Source: an uncultured Rhodobiaceae bacterium
GTDB taxonomy: Bacteria > Pseudomonadota > Alphaproteobacteria > Parvibaculales > Parvibaculaceae
NCBI GenBank assembly: GCA_913057645.1
Contig: CAJXOU010000005.1
Span: 5,060-69,059, forward strand
DNA: 64,000 nucleotides
Reading direction: 5' to 3'
In this document: piece after piece, positions 24,918 through 34,082 of the stretch
Layout of the letters: each line of letters starts with the position of its first letter
Numbering within the stretch: the first letter of the stretch is position 1
Position numbers and translations under genes: made by a program
The notes under the pieces: generated by a model
Database searches by the model: none
Seen by the model: the letters and a program-made list of their open reading frames with translations, nothing else
What the model was told of the DNA's origin: nothing

Positions 24918-25776
24918 ACGTTGAATGCATGGCTATTGCTTGTCGCGATGCGCAATCGTTCCAGGATGGATAGATTTCGGCGACGTCCATGAGAGCCGCC
25001 ATGTCGAGGATGGTCAGCACGCCGCCGCGCACGCGCACGATGCCGTTTTCCCTCAGGTTTCGCATTACCCGGCTTACGTGAACCTGGGTCAGGCCAAGTG
25101 CATCCGCGATGCTTTGTTGGCGAAGCGGAAACGGAAACGAAGAGTCATCTGTCAGCTTCTTCATCGTCAATCGTTCGTGAAGATCAAGGATCAGTCGCGC
25201 CAGGCGTTGCTCTGCGTTGCGTCGGCCGAGGTCGACAAGGCGCGCCTCGCTGGCCTCCCGGCCTGAGAAACATATGTCGACGAAAGCCCAGACAAGGGCA
25301 GGATCGTCCTCGGCGATTTCCTTGAGATTGCTGACCTCAAAGGCGCAATAGTCGACCGGCGTCACGCTTTGTACCGGCGTGCGGACTTGATTGCGCATGA
25401 TCAACTCGCCGCCCGCAACGTCGCCCGGAAGTAGAATGGAGAGCACCTGGCGCCGCCCATCGGGCGTTACGACAGAGCGAAGCGCCCATCCCTGTCTCAG
25501 GACGATGATGCGTCCAGGTGCTTCGCCGGGTCTGTAGATGTGCTGACGTGCGCGAACGGAGCCTTCGGTCTTGCGCCCCCGCTTCACGTCCGGCGCGATC
25601 CCCATGACAGCACCGCAAAAGCCGACGTGCCGAAACGGACAAGCGTCGCATCCTTCGGATGAATCGGGTGCCGCTCTGTTTTCTGCGCTGCTGGACCCAG
25701 AGTGGGTAGTTTCGTTTCTTATACTCAAAGAACATTCACCGCCGAGCATGGCCCGGCCCGCCTCAGGGATAGGCAT
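24838..25776 (-). CDS. Crp/Fnr-family transcriptional regulator, FNR-type cysteine pattern
   Basis: cNMP-binding-like barrel plus a C-terminal HTH ([22 protein letters not shown]). N-terminal C43-x2-C46-x7-C54 plus C144 match the positions of the FNR cluster ligands. The start and the about 35-aa C-terminal extension are uncertain. Confidence 0.75.
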   Translation of the reverse strand: MPIPEAGRAMLGGECSLSIRNETTHSGSSSAENRAAPDSSEGCDACPFRHVGFCGAVMGIAPDVKRGRKTEGSVRARQHIYRPGEAPGRIIVLRQGWALRSVVTPDGRRQVLSILLPGDVAGGELIMRNQVRTPVQSVTPVDYCAFEVSNLKEIAEDDPALVWAFVDICFSGREASEARLVDLGRRNAEQRLARLILDLHERLTMKKLTDDSSFPFPLRQQSIADALGLTQVHVSRVMRNLRENGIVRVRGGVLTILDMAALMDVAEIYPSWNDCASRQAIAMHSTFKPSSRCRASVPRSWSRESGTSGPCP

Positions 25777-26061
25777 GTAAACTGTTTCACACGGGGTAGT
25801 TAGCGCGTCCGAACCAACTTTTCCAGATTGAACACGAATGAAATGTGGTTTCCTAACTTAAGTTATAAACATTATATATAAGTATTAGTTATAATAAATC
25901 TATGGCGAATACATGGTAATTAACCATTTATTCTACATCAACCAATAGACTCACAATTAGTAACTCCGATTCGGTGACAAAACGTCGCAATTACTGCGTT
26001 GTCATGGAGGGGTGAGAGGGAAGTGCCCGGCGAAGCCGGGTGGCTGTAAACGGGGGCCGTT

Positions 26062-27408
26062 ATGACGAAAGCCGAAATATCTACCGCGGACCGGGAGTCG
26101 CGCCTGAGCTTCATGGAAGTATCCGAGACGACAGGAACAGCGCTTCGCGACTTCTGGAAGGTTCTGGAGCCGCACCTGCCGCAAATTCTCGATGGTTTCT
26201 ATGCCCATATCGGCTCCGTGTCGGAGCTTTCGGCGCTGTTGGGCAATCAAGCGCCCCGTCTGAAGCAGGCGCAGGGCACGCATTGGGGCCGACTCTTTTC
26301 GGGCACCTTCGATGACGCCTATATGCACAGTGTGCACACAATCGGACTCACGCATAACAGGATCGGGCTGGAGCCGCGCTGGTACATCGGTGGCTACAAG
26401 TACGTGATGAACAGGTTGGTCGAGATCGCGGTGAAGAAGTATCGGTGGACGCCCGGCCAGCTTTCTGAAGTCCTTTGCGCTGTGAACACGGCCGTTTGCC
26501 TTGACATGGACCTCGCAATTTCGGCCTATCAGGATGCGATGGTCGAAGAACGGGCTGGACGGCAAAGGGCGCTGGAAGCGGCCATTTCCGATTTCGACGT
26601 TGCCGTCAACGAGATCATCAAATCGGTAGCTTCGGCCTCGACGGAACTGCAGGCCTCGGCGCAGGCCATGTCTGTTACAGCGGAGCAGACGAGCGCCAAG
26701 ACGACGACCGTCGCCGCTGCATCGGAAGAAGCCTCCACCAACGTGCAGACAGTTGCCTCCGCGAGTGAGCAGCTTTCGAGTTCGATTGCGGAAATCGGCA
26801 GGCAGGCGTCGATGTCGACCAAAATAGCTGGGCAGGCGGTGCAGGATGCTCATCGAACGGATGAGAAGGTACAGGGTCTTGCCGAGGCCGCTCAGAAGAT
26901 CGGCGACGTCGTGACCCTCATCAACGATATCGCCGCCCAGACAAATCTGCTCGCGCTGAACGCGACCATCGAGGGTGCGAGGGCCGGCGAGGCGGGCAAG
27001 GGCTTCGCCGTCGTTGCCTCGGAGGTAAAAAGCCTCGCCAACCAGACGGCCAAGGCGACCGAGGAAATTGCCGAGCAAATCAAGACGATGCAGGGCGCAA
27101 CGCAGGAATCGGTCGACGCGATCAAGTCGATAGAGCAGACCATCACCGAAATGAATCAGATCGCGACGTCGATTGCCGCCGCCGTGGATGAGCAGGACGC
27201 CGCGACGAACGAAATCGCCCGCAACGTCCAGGAAGCCGCACGCGGCACCCAGGATGTCTCCTCCAACATCGCTTCTGTTGCCGAGGCGGCGACGGAAACA
27301 GGCTCCGCAGCGGCGCAGATATCCGGCTCCTCCGACATTCTGGCACGTCAGGCAGAGACGCTCCGCCAGCAGGTCGATACGTTCCTGAGCCGTGCAAGGG
27401 CCGCCTGA
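26062..27408 (+). CDS. Globin-coupled methyl-accepting chemotaxis protein (HemAT-like, cytoplasmic)
   Basis: N-terminal protoglobin/globin-coupled-sensor pattern (..[21 protein letters not shown]..). C-terminal MCP signalling hairpin ([36 protein letters not shown]). No TM segment is seen. Confidence 0.85.
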   Translation: MTKAEISTADRESRLSFMEVSETTGTALRDFWKVLEPHLPQILDGFYAHIGSVSELSALLGNQAPRLKQAQGTHWGRLFSGTFDDAYMHSVHTIGLTHNRIGLEPRWYIGGYKYVMNRLVEIAVKKYRWTPGQLSEVLCAVNTAVCLDMDLAISAYQDAMVEERAGRQRALEAAISDFDVAVNEIIKSVASASTELQASAQAMSVTAEQTSAKTTTVAAASEEASTNVQTVASASEQLSSSIAEIGRQASMSTKIAGQAVQDAHRTDEKVQGLAEAAQKIGDVVTLINDIAAQTNLLALNATIEGARAGEAGKGFAVVASEVKSLANQTAKATEEIAEQIKTMQGATQESVDAIKSIEQTITEMNQIATSIAAAVDEQDAATNEIARNVQEAARGTQDVSSNIASVAEAATETGSAAAQISGSSDILARQAETLRQQVDTFLSRARAA

Positions 27409-27420
27409 CCAATACGACTG

Positions 27421-30135
27421 TTGGGGAGTATCGAAGTGGCGCGCCGCCAATCTGCCCCGTCGTCCTCGCCTGCAGTGTTCGTCTTCGATCCTGCGACGAG
27501 CCGACTCGCTTCGCGGAATGCCGTTGCGGGTGAGATGCTTTCCGCGCTCGGCTGGAAGGGTGGCGAGCTCCCCACTCTTTCAGCAGTGGAGCGACTCCTT
27601 GTTCAGGGAAGCAAGGTCTCCGCGGATCCGCAGACTGTCGTCGGTGATCAGGAGCCCAATTACGAACTGCGCAGGCGCTGCCATCGCCCGGATAGCAGTG
27701 AGTTGATCCTTACCCGCATCTGGACACCGGGATCCAGCACGACGCTGATCGTCACGGACATCACGCAGTCGGTACAGGAAGAGCGGCAACTTCGATTCGC
27801 GCAACTGATCATCGACCGCTTGATGAAATCCGAGTCGCTCTCGGTTGCGCTTGGCTCCATTTTGCATGCGGTCCTGCTCTATGGGGGCTGGCAGAAAGGT
27901 GTTGCCTGGATACCAAGCGGCGGGCGCCCTTCGATGCGCAAGAGTCTTGCCCGTGCCAGTGCCGAAGCGATGGCGGACGAGGAAAAGGCACTCGAGTTCG
28001 CCCGGACCATGGCGGAGACGTGCCAGATGACCGGGGAGACCTCCCATGCGTGGGACGAGTCTGGCGGTTGTGTCGCCCTCCCGCTCAAGGCGAACGACGA
28101 GGTCATCGCTGTTCTAACTTTTCATACAACACAACCGCGCCCGCGCGATCGGCTTGCACTCGAAGTGCTTGATGGCATTGCGGATCGAATCGGCATGGCG
28201 CTCAAATGCCGGATCAACGCCGAAGAAATGACTCATGCGCGCCGGCAGTTGGACGAGTTGCTCGACGCGGCGGGGGACGCCATCGTGGCGATGGATGGCG
28301 AGCATCGTATCCGCATCTTCAACAAGCAGGCAGAAGCGATCTTTGGTTATGGCGCCGAAGAAGCGATCGGCAAGAAGCTCGACATGCTCTTGCCACGGAG
28401 CACGAGAGCACGACATCGCACACATGTGGCCCGGTTTGCGCGCGAAGACGCCTCGACCCGGGTTATGGGCCGGCGGCCCGAAGTGAAGGGTCGACGCAAG
28501 GACGGCTCGGAATTTCCGGCCGAAGCGTCCGTCTCGCGCATTACACTTGATGGTGACATCATCTTTACTGCAGTAGTGCGCGACCTGACGGCGCTGCGTC
28601 AGGCAGAAGACGCAATCAGGGCGCGAGAGCGGCAGATGCGCATGATCATCGAAGCAATGCCTTTCGGGCTTGCGACCGTCCGCCAGGCGACGGGCGAGAT
28701 CATATTCGCCAACAGTGCCTTTGGCGTGCTGGTGGATTGCGAACGGCGAAAACTCGTTGGCCGCAATTTCGCGGAGTTTGCGGGTGCCGACCTGGCTGCG
28801 ACGCTCATGGCGAGCGAAGATATGGACGGGCGGCACCGCGAAGTTGAGGATTCCCTGACCACGGGAAGCGGTGACGAGCTTCGGTGCGTCGTCTCAGCCC
28901 TGTTGCTGAGCATGGGCGGCGAAGACGTGATCCTGATCGGCTGCTACGACGTTACCGACAGGCACCGTGCGGAGGAAGCCTTGCGCGAAAGCGCATTCAA
29001 TCTTGCGGCTGCAGAGCGCATCGCCCATCTCGGCAACTGGCAGCTCGATATCGGAACAGGTGAGATTGCCTGCTCCGACGAAGCTTTCCGCATCTTTGGC
29101 GGTGAGCCGCAAGACGCGCGGCTGAAGTTGCCTGAGGTCCTGGACCGCGTTCATTCTTCCGACCGTGCCCGGATACGCGATGCGGCGAACGATGCCATAA
29201 AACTCGGCACGCCTTTCCGCACGATGTACCGGATCATTCGCGCCGGCGGCGAAACTCGCTACGTCCGCTGTGAGGCAGAGGCGATTCGCGGTCCTGATGG
29301 TGGTGTCAAACAACTCATCGGTACCGTTCTCGACATTACAGACCTCCAGAAGGCGACCGAGGAACTCCGCGCTGCGCGAAACAGAGCCGAGTACGCCAAC
29401 CAATCAAAGTCACAATTCCTGGCAAATATGAGCCACGAACTTCGAACGCCTCTCAATGCCATCATAGGGTTCTCTGAATTGATGGCGACCGGTGTCATGG
29501 GGAGGTTGGAGACCGCGCAGTATCAGGCCTATGCGAAGGATATCAATGATAGCGGTCTGCATCTCCTTGCAATCGTGAACGACATTCTGGATCTCAGTCG
29601 AATCGAGGTGGGCGCGACCGAACTCGAAGAGACCGAAATCGACGTGGAAGAACTTGCCCGGTTCTGTGTGAGGACGGTGGAGGGACGCGCCCGTACGGCA
29701 AAGGTCAGGCTGTTCCGGCAGCCGATGCCGGAAATGCCGAAGCTGTTCGCAGACCAGAGGCTTGCGCGGCAAATTCTGCTTAATCTTCTTTCGAATGCGA
29801 TCAAGTTCACGCCTGCCGGCGGAAGTGTCAGCCTCGGTGCGGAACTTACCGCGGAAGGAGAGCTGGTATTCCTTGTGGAAGACACAGGCATCGGCATCGC
29901 GGCCGAGAACATTGACCGCGTCACCGAACCGTTCATGCAGGTGGAAAATCATCTCTCGCGTCGGTTTGAGGGGGTGGGGCTCGGGCTTGCGCTTACCAAA
30001 CAGTTCGCCGAGTTGCATGACGGTACGCTGTCCATCGATAGTGTCGAAGGAAAGGGAACCCGCGTTGAGATCCGGTTTCCTGCGGTGAGGATGCGTTCTG
30101 CCTCCGAATTTCGTGTCGCTGCGGCGGGTGAATAG
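27421..30135 (+). CDS. GAF / multi-PAS sensor histidine kinase (no receiver domain)
   Basis: H-box NMSHELRTPLNAIIGFSELM with N, G1 (DTGIGI) and G2 (GVGLGLAL) boxes. Upstream lie a GAF-like segment and at least three PAS modules (e.g. DAIVAMDGEHRIRIFNKQAEAIFGY, GNWQLDIGTGEIACSDEAFRIFG). The start is TTG in the track and is uncertain. Confidence 0.85.
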   Translation: MGSIEVARRQSAPSSSPAVFVFDPATSRLASRNAVAGEMLSALGWKGGELPTLSAVERLLVQGSKVSADPQTVVGDQEPNYELRRRCHRPDSSELILTRIWTPGSSTTLIVTDITQSVQEERQLRFAQLIIDRLMKSESLSVALGSILHAVLLYGGWQKGVAWIPSGGRPSMRKSLARASAEAMADEEKALEFARTMAETCQMTGETSHAWDESGGCVALPLKANDEVIAVLTFHTTQPRPRDRLALEVLDGIADRIGMALKCRINAEEMTHARRQLDELLDAAGDAIVAMDGEHRIRIFNKQAEAIFGYGAEEAIGKKLDMLLPRSTRARHRTHVARFAREDASTRVMGRRPEVKGRRKDGSEFPAEASVSRITLDGDIIFTAVVRDLTALRQAEDAIRARERQMRMIIEAMPFGLATVRQATGEIIFANSAFGVLVDCERRKLVGRNFAEFAGADLAATLMASEDMDGRHREVEDSLTTGSGDELRCVVSALLLSMGGEDVILIGCYDVTDRHRAEEALRESAFNLAAAERIAHLGNWQLDIGTGEIACSDEAFRIFGGEPQDARLKLPEVLDRVHSSDRARIRDAANDAIKLGTPFRTMYRIIRAGGETRYVRCEAEAIRGPDGGVKQLIGTVLDITDLQKATEELRAARNRAEYANQSKSQFLANMSHELRTPLNAIIGFSELMATGVMGRLETAQYQAYAKDINDSGLHLLAIVNDILDLSRIEVGATELEETEIDVEELARFCVRTVEGRARTAKVRLFRQPMPEMPKLFADQRLARQILLNLLSNAIKFTPAGGSVSLGAELTAEGELVFLVEDTGIGIAAENIDRVTEPFMQVENHLSRRFEGVGLGLALTKQFAELHDGTLSIDSVEGKGTRVEIRFPAVRMRSASEFRVAAAGE

Positions 30136-30219
30136 ACAGCTGCCGTACGGGGTCTCTCAAGTATTTATGATGTAATAATAACAATAATTCTCATTTTTAC
30201 GCAGAGTTAATCTTATAAA

Positions 30220-30258
30220 AATAGCCTTTTCTCAAGGTAAACTGAGAAACAGGCTATT
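30220..30258 (+). promoter_or_regulatory. Large hairpin in the AT-rich leader immediately 5' of the cheA start codon
   Basis: AATAGCCTTTTCTCA (30220-30234) pairs with TGAGAAACAGGCTATT (30243-30258). This gives 15 bp with one bulged G and an 8-nt loop AGGTAAAC, ending 4 nt before ATG 30263. Confidence 0.4.
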
Positions 30259-30262
30259 GAAG

Positions 30263-33190
30263 ATGGATGATCTTCTGAAGGATTTCCTCGCGGAAACCTC
30301 CGAGTCTCTTGACCTTCTGGACAGCGAGATCGTGGAGCTGGAGCAGCGGCCAGACGATCCGGCGCTTCTGGGCAGCATCTTTCGCGTGATGCATACGATC
30401 AAGGGGACCTGTGGCTTCCTGGGGCTTCCGCGGCTCGAGGCAGTGGCGCATGCGGCTGAGGACGTGCTCGGCCGCGTCCGCGACGGCGAGCTTTCCGTTT
30501 CGCATGACGTCATATCGCAGGTGTTGACCGCGCTCGACCGCATCAAGGAACTCGTCGCCTCACTTGGCGAGACGGGTAGCGAGCCGGAAGGCGAGGACAG
30601 CGGGATTATCGGCGCTCTGAGGCGCATAGCGAGTGGCGAGACTCAGGCAGCGCCTGCAAACACGGCACCGGCGAAGCAGGGAAAGCAGGGCTCGCTCTTT
30701 GAGCGCGCAGGAGGTGCCTCCGGCATCGATACTGCCTGCGAACTGGCCTGTGCGGGCTTCATGGCGAAATCCGGGGACTGCGCTGTTCTTGAGCCGGAGA
30801 TGCTGAAGCTGCAATTCGCGCTGGCCAGGGGATTCGAGGTTGCGCTCGAAAAGACACCGGGTATCGACGTTGCCGATGTATTGAGCTGCCTCACGGACAA
30901 TGGCTGGACCCAGCAGGACCTGGCGCTGCTCGAAGCAGAACTCGCAGCTGCCTTCCGATCTCTCGAAGTGGGCGAGGAGGATATCTCCGCGCTGCTCCTC
31001 AGTCTTTATCGCGGCAAGTCACCAGATGCGGAAGTTCCCGAAGAGGATGCGGTGCCGGCGAAGACTGCCTCAACGGAGAAGCCCCAGGTTAGCAACGACA
31101 AGCACGATGCTGGGCACGGTCAAACGCAGACGCTTCGCGTCAACATCAGCGTCCTCGAAGACCTGATGACGCTCGTCAGCGAGCTTGTTCTGACGCGCAA
31201 CCAGCTTCTGCAGATCATGCGCAGCCACGATGAGACTCCCTTCGCCGCGCCCCTTCAGCGCTTGAATCAGGTGACGACCGAACTGCAGGAAAGCGTGATG
31301 ATGACGCGCATGCAGCCGATCGGAAATGCCTGGGGAAAGCTCCCGCGTCTGGTACGTGACCTTGCGCAGGAACTGGGCAAGAAGATTGAACTGGTGATGA
31401 CCGGCGCCGACACCGAACTCGACCGCCAGATCCTCGAGTCGATCCGAGATCCGCTCACGCATATGGTTCGGAACTCCGCCGACCATGGTATCGAGTCTTC
31501 GGCCGATCGGGTCGCCTCTGGCAAGCTGGAGCACGGAACGATCAAACTTTCGGCGCGACACGAAGGCGGCCACATCGTCGTCGTTGTGTCAGATGACGGG
31601 CGCGGTCTGCCGACAGCCCGCATTCGCGAGAAGGTGGTGGCCAACGGGATTGCGACAGAGTCGCAGCTCGAAGGCATGAGTGAACAGCAGATACAGCAGT
31701 TCATATTCCGGCCCGGTTTCTCCACGGCAGCTGCAGTGACGAGCGTTTCGGGCCGAGGCGTCGGCATGGACGTCGTCCGGAACAACATCGAGAAGATCGG
31801 CGGGATCATTGAGTTCCAGTCGACAGAGGGTGTCGGCTCCAGCTTCATCATCAAGATCCCTCTCACGCTCGCGATCGTCTCCGCGCTCATCGTCGAATGC
31901 GAGGGCGAGCGGTTCGCGCTGCCGCAGAACAGTGTGGTTGAACTGGTCCGCATCAACCCCACCGCAAGCAAGGGACTCGAAAACATCAACGGCAGGCCGG
32001 TTTACCGTCTGCGAGACCGGCTTCTGCCGCTCGTCTCGCTGAGCGAGATACTGGGGCTGTCGGACTCCGCTGAAGCGCCCCCGGGAGATCGTGAGGTTGC
32101 GGACAGCACTTATGTTGTTGTCTCTCAGGTTGGTGCGCTCGTCTTCGGCATCATCGTGGACAAGGTGTTCGACACCGAGGAAATTGTTGTAAAGCCAGTG
32201 TCGCGCTGCATGCGTCACATCTCCTGCTTCTCCGGCACGACGATCCTGGGCGACGGGCGGGTGATCATGATCCTCGATCCTAACGGGCTCGCTTCGGCCG
32301 TCTCCGCCTCGCCGCATGCCGAAGCTGCGTCGCTCGCGGAGACCGGGCGCGGCTCACGCCGCAACGAAGCTGTTTCGATGTTGGTCTTCGAGGCTCGCGA
32401 CAAGGGGCCGAAGGCCGTGCCGCTTTCACTCGTTGCGCGACTTGAAGAGGCGGATCTCGGTACAACCGAGAGGGCCGGTTCCCGTACGGTGTTGCAGTAT
32501 CGCGGCGGATTGATGCCTCTGATCGACCTGGATGGCAATCCGGCGGCACAGGTGGGAAGGCATCCGATACTCGTCTTCGTGGACGGGAACCGCATGCTGG
32601 GCCTCGTAGTCGACCGCGTCGTCGACATTGTTGAAGCGCCGCTCGACCTTCATCTCGCAGGAGGTAGTCGCCCGGGAATCCTCGGTAGCGCAATCATCGC
32701 CGGCAACGCCACGGACATTATCGATACTGTCTATTATCTCCGTCAGAGCGACGCTGACTGGTTCGAGGTCAAAACGGAGAGCCCGTTCGGCATGGAGAGT
32801 GAGCGGCAGGTTCTGCTTGTCGAGGACAGTGCCTTCTTCCGCAATCTGCTGATCCCGATGCTCACCATTGCGGGCTATTCGGTGACAGTCGCCGAGCACG
32901 CTGAGGCGGCCATTTCGCTCTGCAAGGATGGTGCTCATTTCGACATCATCGTGTCGGACATCGAAATGCCGGGTCTTTCTGGTTTTGATCTGGTGAGAAC
33001 CCTGCGCGCTGACGAAAGGCTGGGCGAGGTGCCGATCGTCGCGCTCTCCTCACACGCGAATGCCAAAGACATCGAACGCGGGTTGGAAGCGGGCTTCACG
33101 GACTACGTTACGAAGCTCGATCCCAAGGCACTGCTTGGCGTTCTTTCCCGCACATCGTCCGACGAGTCCCGCAAGGAGATCGCAGTATGA
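30263..33190 (+). CDS. cheA: Hybrid chemotaxis histidine kinase CheA (Hpt, atypical module, dimerisation, HATPase, 2x CheW-like, receiver)
   Basis: Begins MDDLLKDFLAETSE with the phospho-His in RVMHTIKG. Kinase core is present (DPLTHMVRNSADHGIE, GRGVGMDVV). There are two CheW-like segments and a C-terminal REC (VLLVEDSAFF..IIVSDIEMPGLSG..K). ATGA overlap with cheW. Confidence 0.9.
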   Translation: MDDLLKDFLAETSESLDLLDSEIVELEQRPDDPALLGSIFRVMHTIKGTCGFLGLPRLEAVAHAAEDVLGRVRDGELSVSHDVISQVLTALDRIKELVASLGETGSEPEGEDSGIIGALRRIASGETQAAPANTAPAKQGKQGSLFERAGGASGIDTACELACAGFMAKSGDCAVLEPEMLKLQFALARGFEVALEKTPGIDVADVLSCLTDNGWTQQDLALLEAELAAAFRSLEVGEEDISALLLSLYRGKSPDAEVPEEDAVPAKTASTEKPQVSNDKHDAGHGQTQTLRVNISVLEDLMTLVSELVLTRNQLLQIMRSHDETPFAAPLQRLNQVTTELQESVMMTRMQPIGNAWGKLPRLVRDLAQELGKKIELVMTGADTELDRQILESIRDPLTHMVRNSADHGIESSADRVASGKLEHGTIKLSARHEGGHIVVVVSDDGRGLPTARIREKVVANGIATESQLEGMSEQQIQQFIFRPGFSTAAAVTSVSGRGVGMDVVRNNIEKIGGIIEFQSTEGVGSSFIIKIPLTLAIVSALIVECEGERFALPQNSVVELVRINPTASKGLENINGRPVYRLRDRLLPLVSLSEILGLSDSAEAPPGDREVADSTYVVVSQVGALVFGIIVDKVFDTEEIVVKPVSRCMRHISCFSGTTILGDGRVIMILDPNGLASAVSASPHAEAASLAETGRGSRRNEAVSMLVFEARDKGPKAVPLSLVARLEEADLGTTERAGSRTVLQYRGGLMPLIDLDGNPAAQVGRHPILVFVDGNRMLGLVVDRVVDIVEAPLDLHLAGGSRPGILGSAIIAGNATDIIDTVYYLRQSDADWFEVKTESPFGMESERQVLLVEDSAFFRNLLIPMLTIAGYSVTVAEHAEAAISLCKDGAHFDIIVSDIEMPGLSGFDLVRTLRADERLGEVPIVALSSHANAKDIERGLEAGFTDYVTKLDPKALLGVLSRTSSDESRKEIAV

Positions 33191-33675
33191 ATACGTCCTG
33201 TCAGACCAGCGCTGCTGCGGATGGCGTGGAGACGGCCACCGAGGATTACGTGACGATGACCGTCGCCGGGCAGGCGTTCGGCATTCCGGTGCTCAGCGTG
33301 CGCGACGTATTGAGCCCGCAGATCATCACTCGTATCCCCCTGGCGTCTCCCGAGATTGCGGGATCGTTGAACCTCAGGGGCCGCATCGTGACAGCGATCA
33401 ACATGCGCACAAGGCTTGGGCTGCCCGCGGATGGCTTCGTCGAGAGGGCGATGGCTGTCGTCGTCGAGCATGATGACGAGCCATTCAGCCTGCTCGTCGA
33501 TGAGGTGGGAGAAGTTCTGAGCCTGCCGATCGGCCAGCGGCAGGCTGTGCCGGCGACACTCGACGCGCGCTGGCGCGACGTCTCCCAGGGGATCTACCGG
33601 CTCGACGATCGGCTGCTGCTTGTTCTGAGTGTTACAAGCGTGCTCGGCACGATCGGATTCGACCCGGTTCACTGA
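33187..33675 (+). CDS. cheW: Chemotaxis coupling protein CheW
   Basis: 162-aa single CheW-like domain (..FGIPVLSVRDVL.., ..LLVDEVGEVL..), translationally coupled to cheA. Confidence 0.85.
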   Translation: MNTSCQTSAAADGVETATEDYVTMTVAGQAFGIPVLSVRDVLSPQIITRIPLASPEIAGSLNLRGRIVTAINMRTRLGLPADGFVERAMAVVVEHDDEPFSLLVDEVGEVLSLPIGQRQAVPATLDARWRDVSQGIYRLDDRLLLVLSVTSVLGTIGFDPVH

Positions 33676-33695
33676 ACGCAACGGAGGAAAGAACT

Positions 33696-34082
33696 ATGGC
33701 CGTTAACATGAAGATGCCGATTCTGATCGTGGACGACTACAAGACGATGCTGCGCATTGTCAGAAATCTGCTGACCAAGCTCGGCTTTTCCGACATCGAC
33801 GAAGCGACCGACGGCATGGATGCCTTGGCAAAGCTCAAGAATCGAAATTACGGCCTCGTCGTATCCGACTGGAACATGCAACCGATGACAGGCTACGAGT
33901 TGCTGCAGAAGGTGCGCGGGGATGACAGACTGAAGTCCCTCCCATTCGTCATGGTCACGGCCGAGTCGAAGGTCGAGAACGTGATCGCCGCGCGCCAGGC
34001 TGGCGTGAACAACTACATTATCAAGCCTTTTAGCGCCGAAGTGCTGAAGGCGAAGTTGAAGACGGTGCTGGGAGATTTCTGA
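33696..34082 (+). CDS. cheY: Chemotaxis response regulator CheY
   Basis: 128-aa stand-alone receiver (ILIVDD, VVSDWNMQPMTG, MVTA, K in IIKPF) with a GGAGGA RBS. Confidence 0.9.
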   Translation: MAVNMKMPILIVDDYKTMLRIVRNLLTKLGFSDIDEATDGMDALAKLKNRNYGLVVSDWNMQPMTGYELLQKVRGDDRLKSLPFVMVTAESKVENVIAARQAGVNNYIIKPFSAEVLKAKLKTVLGDF

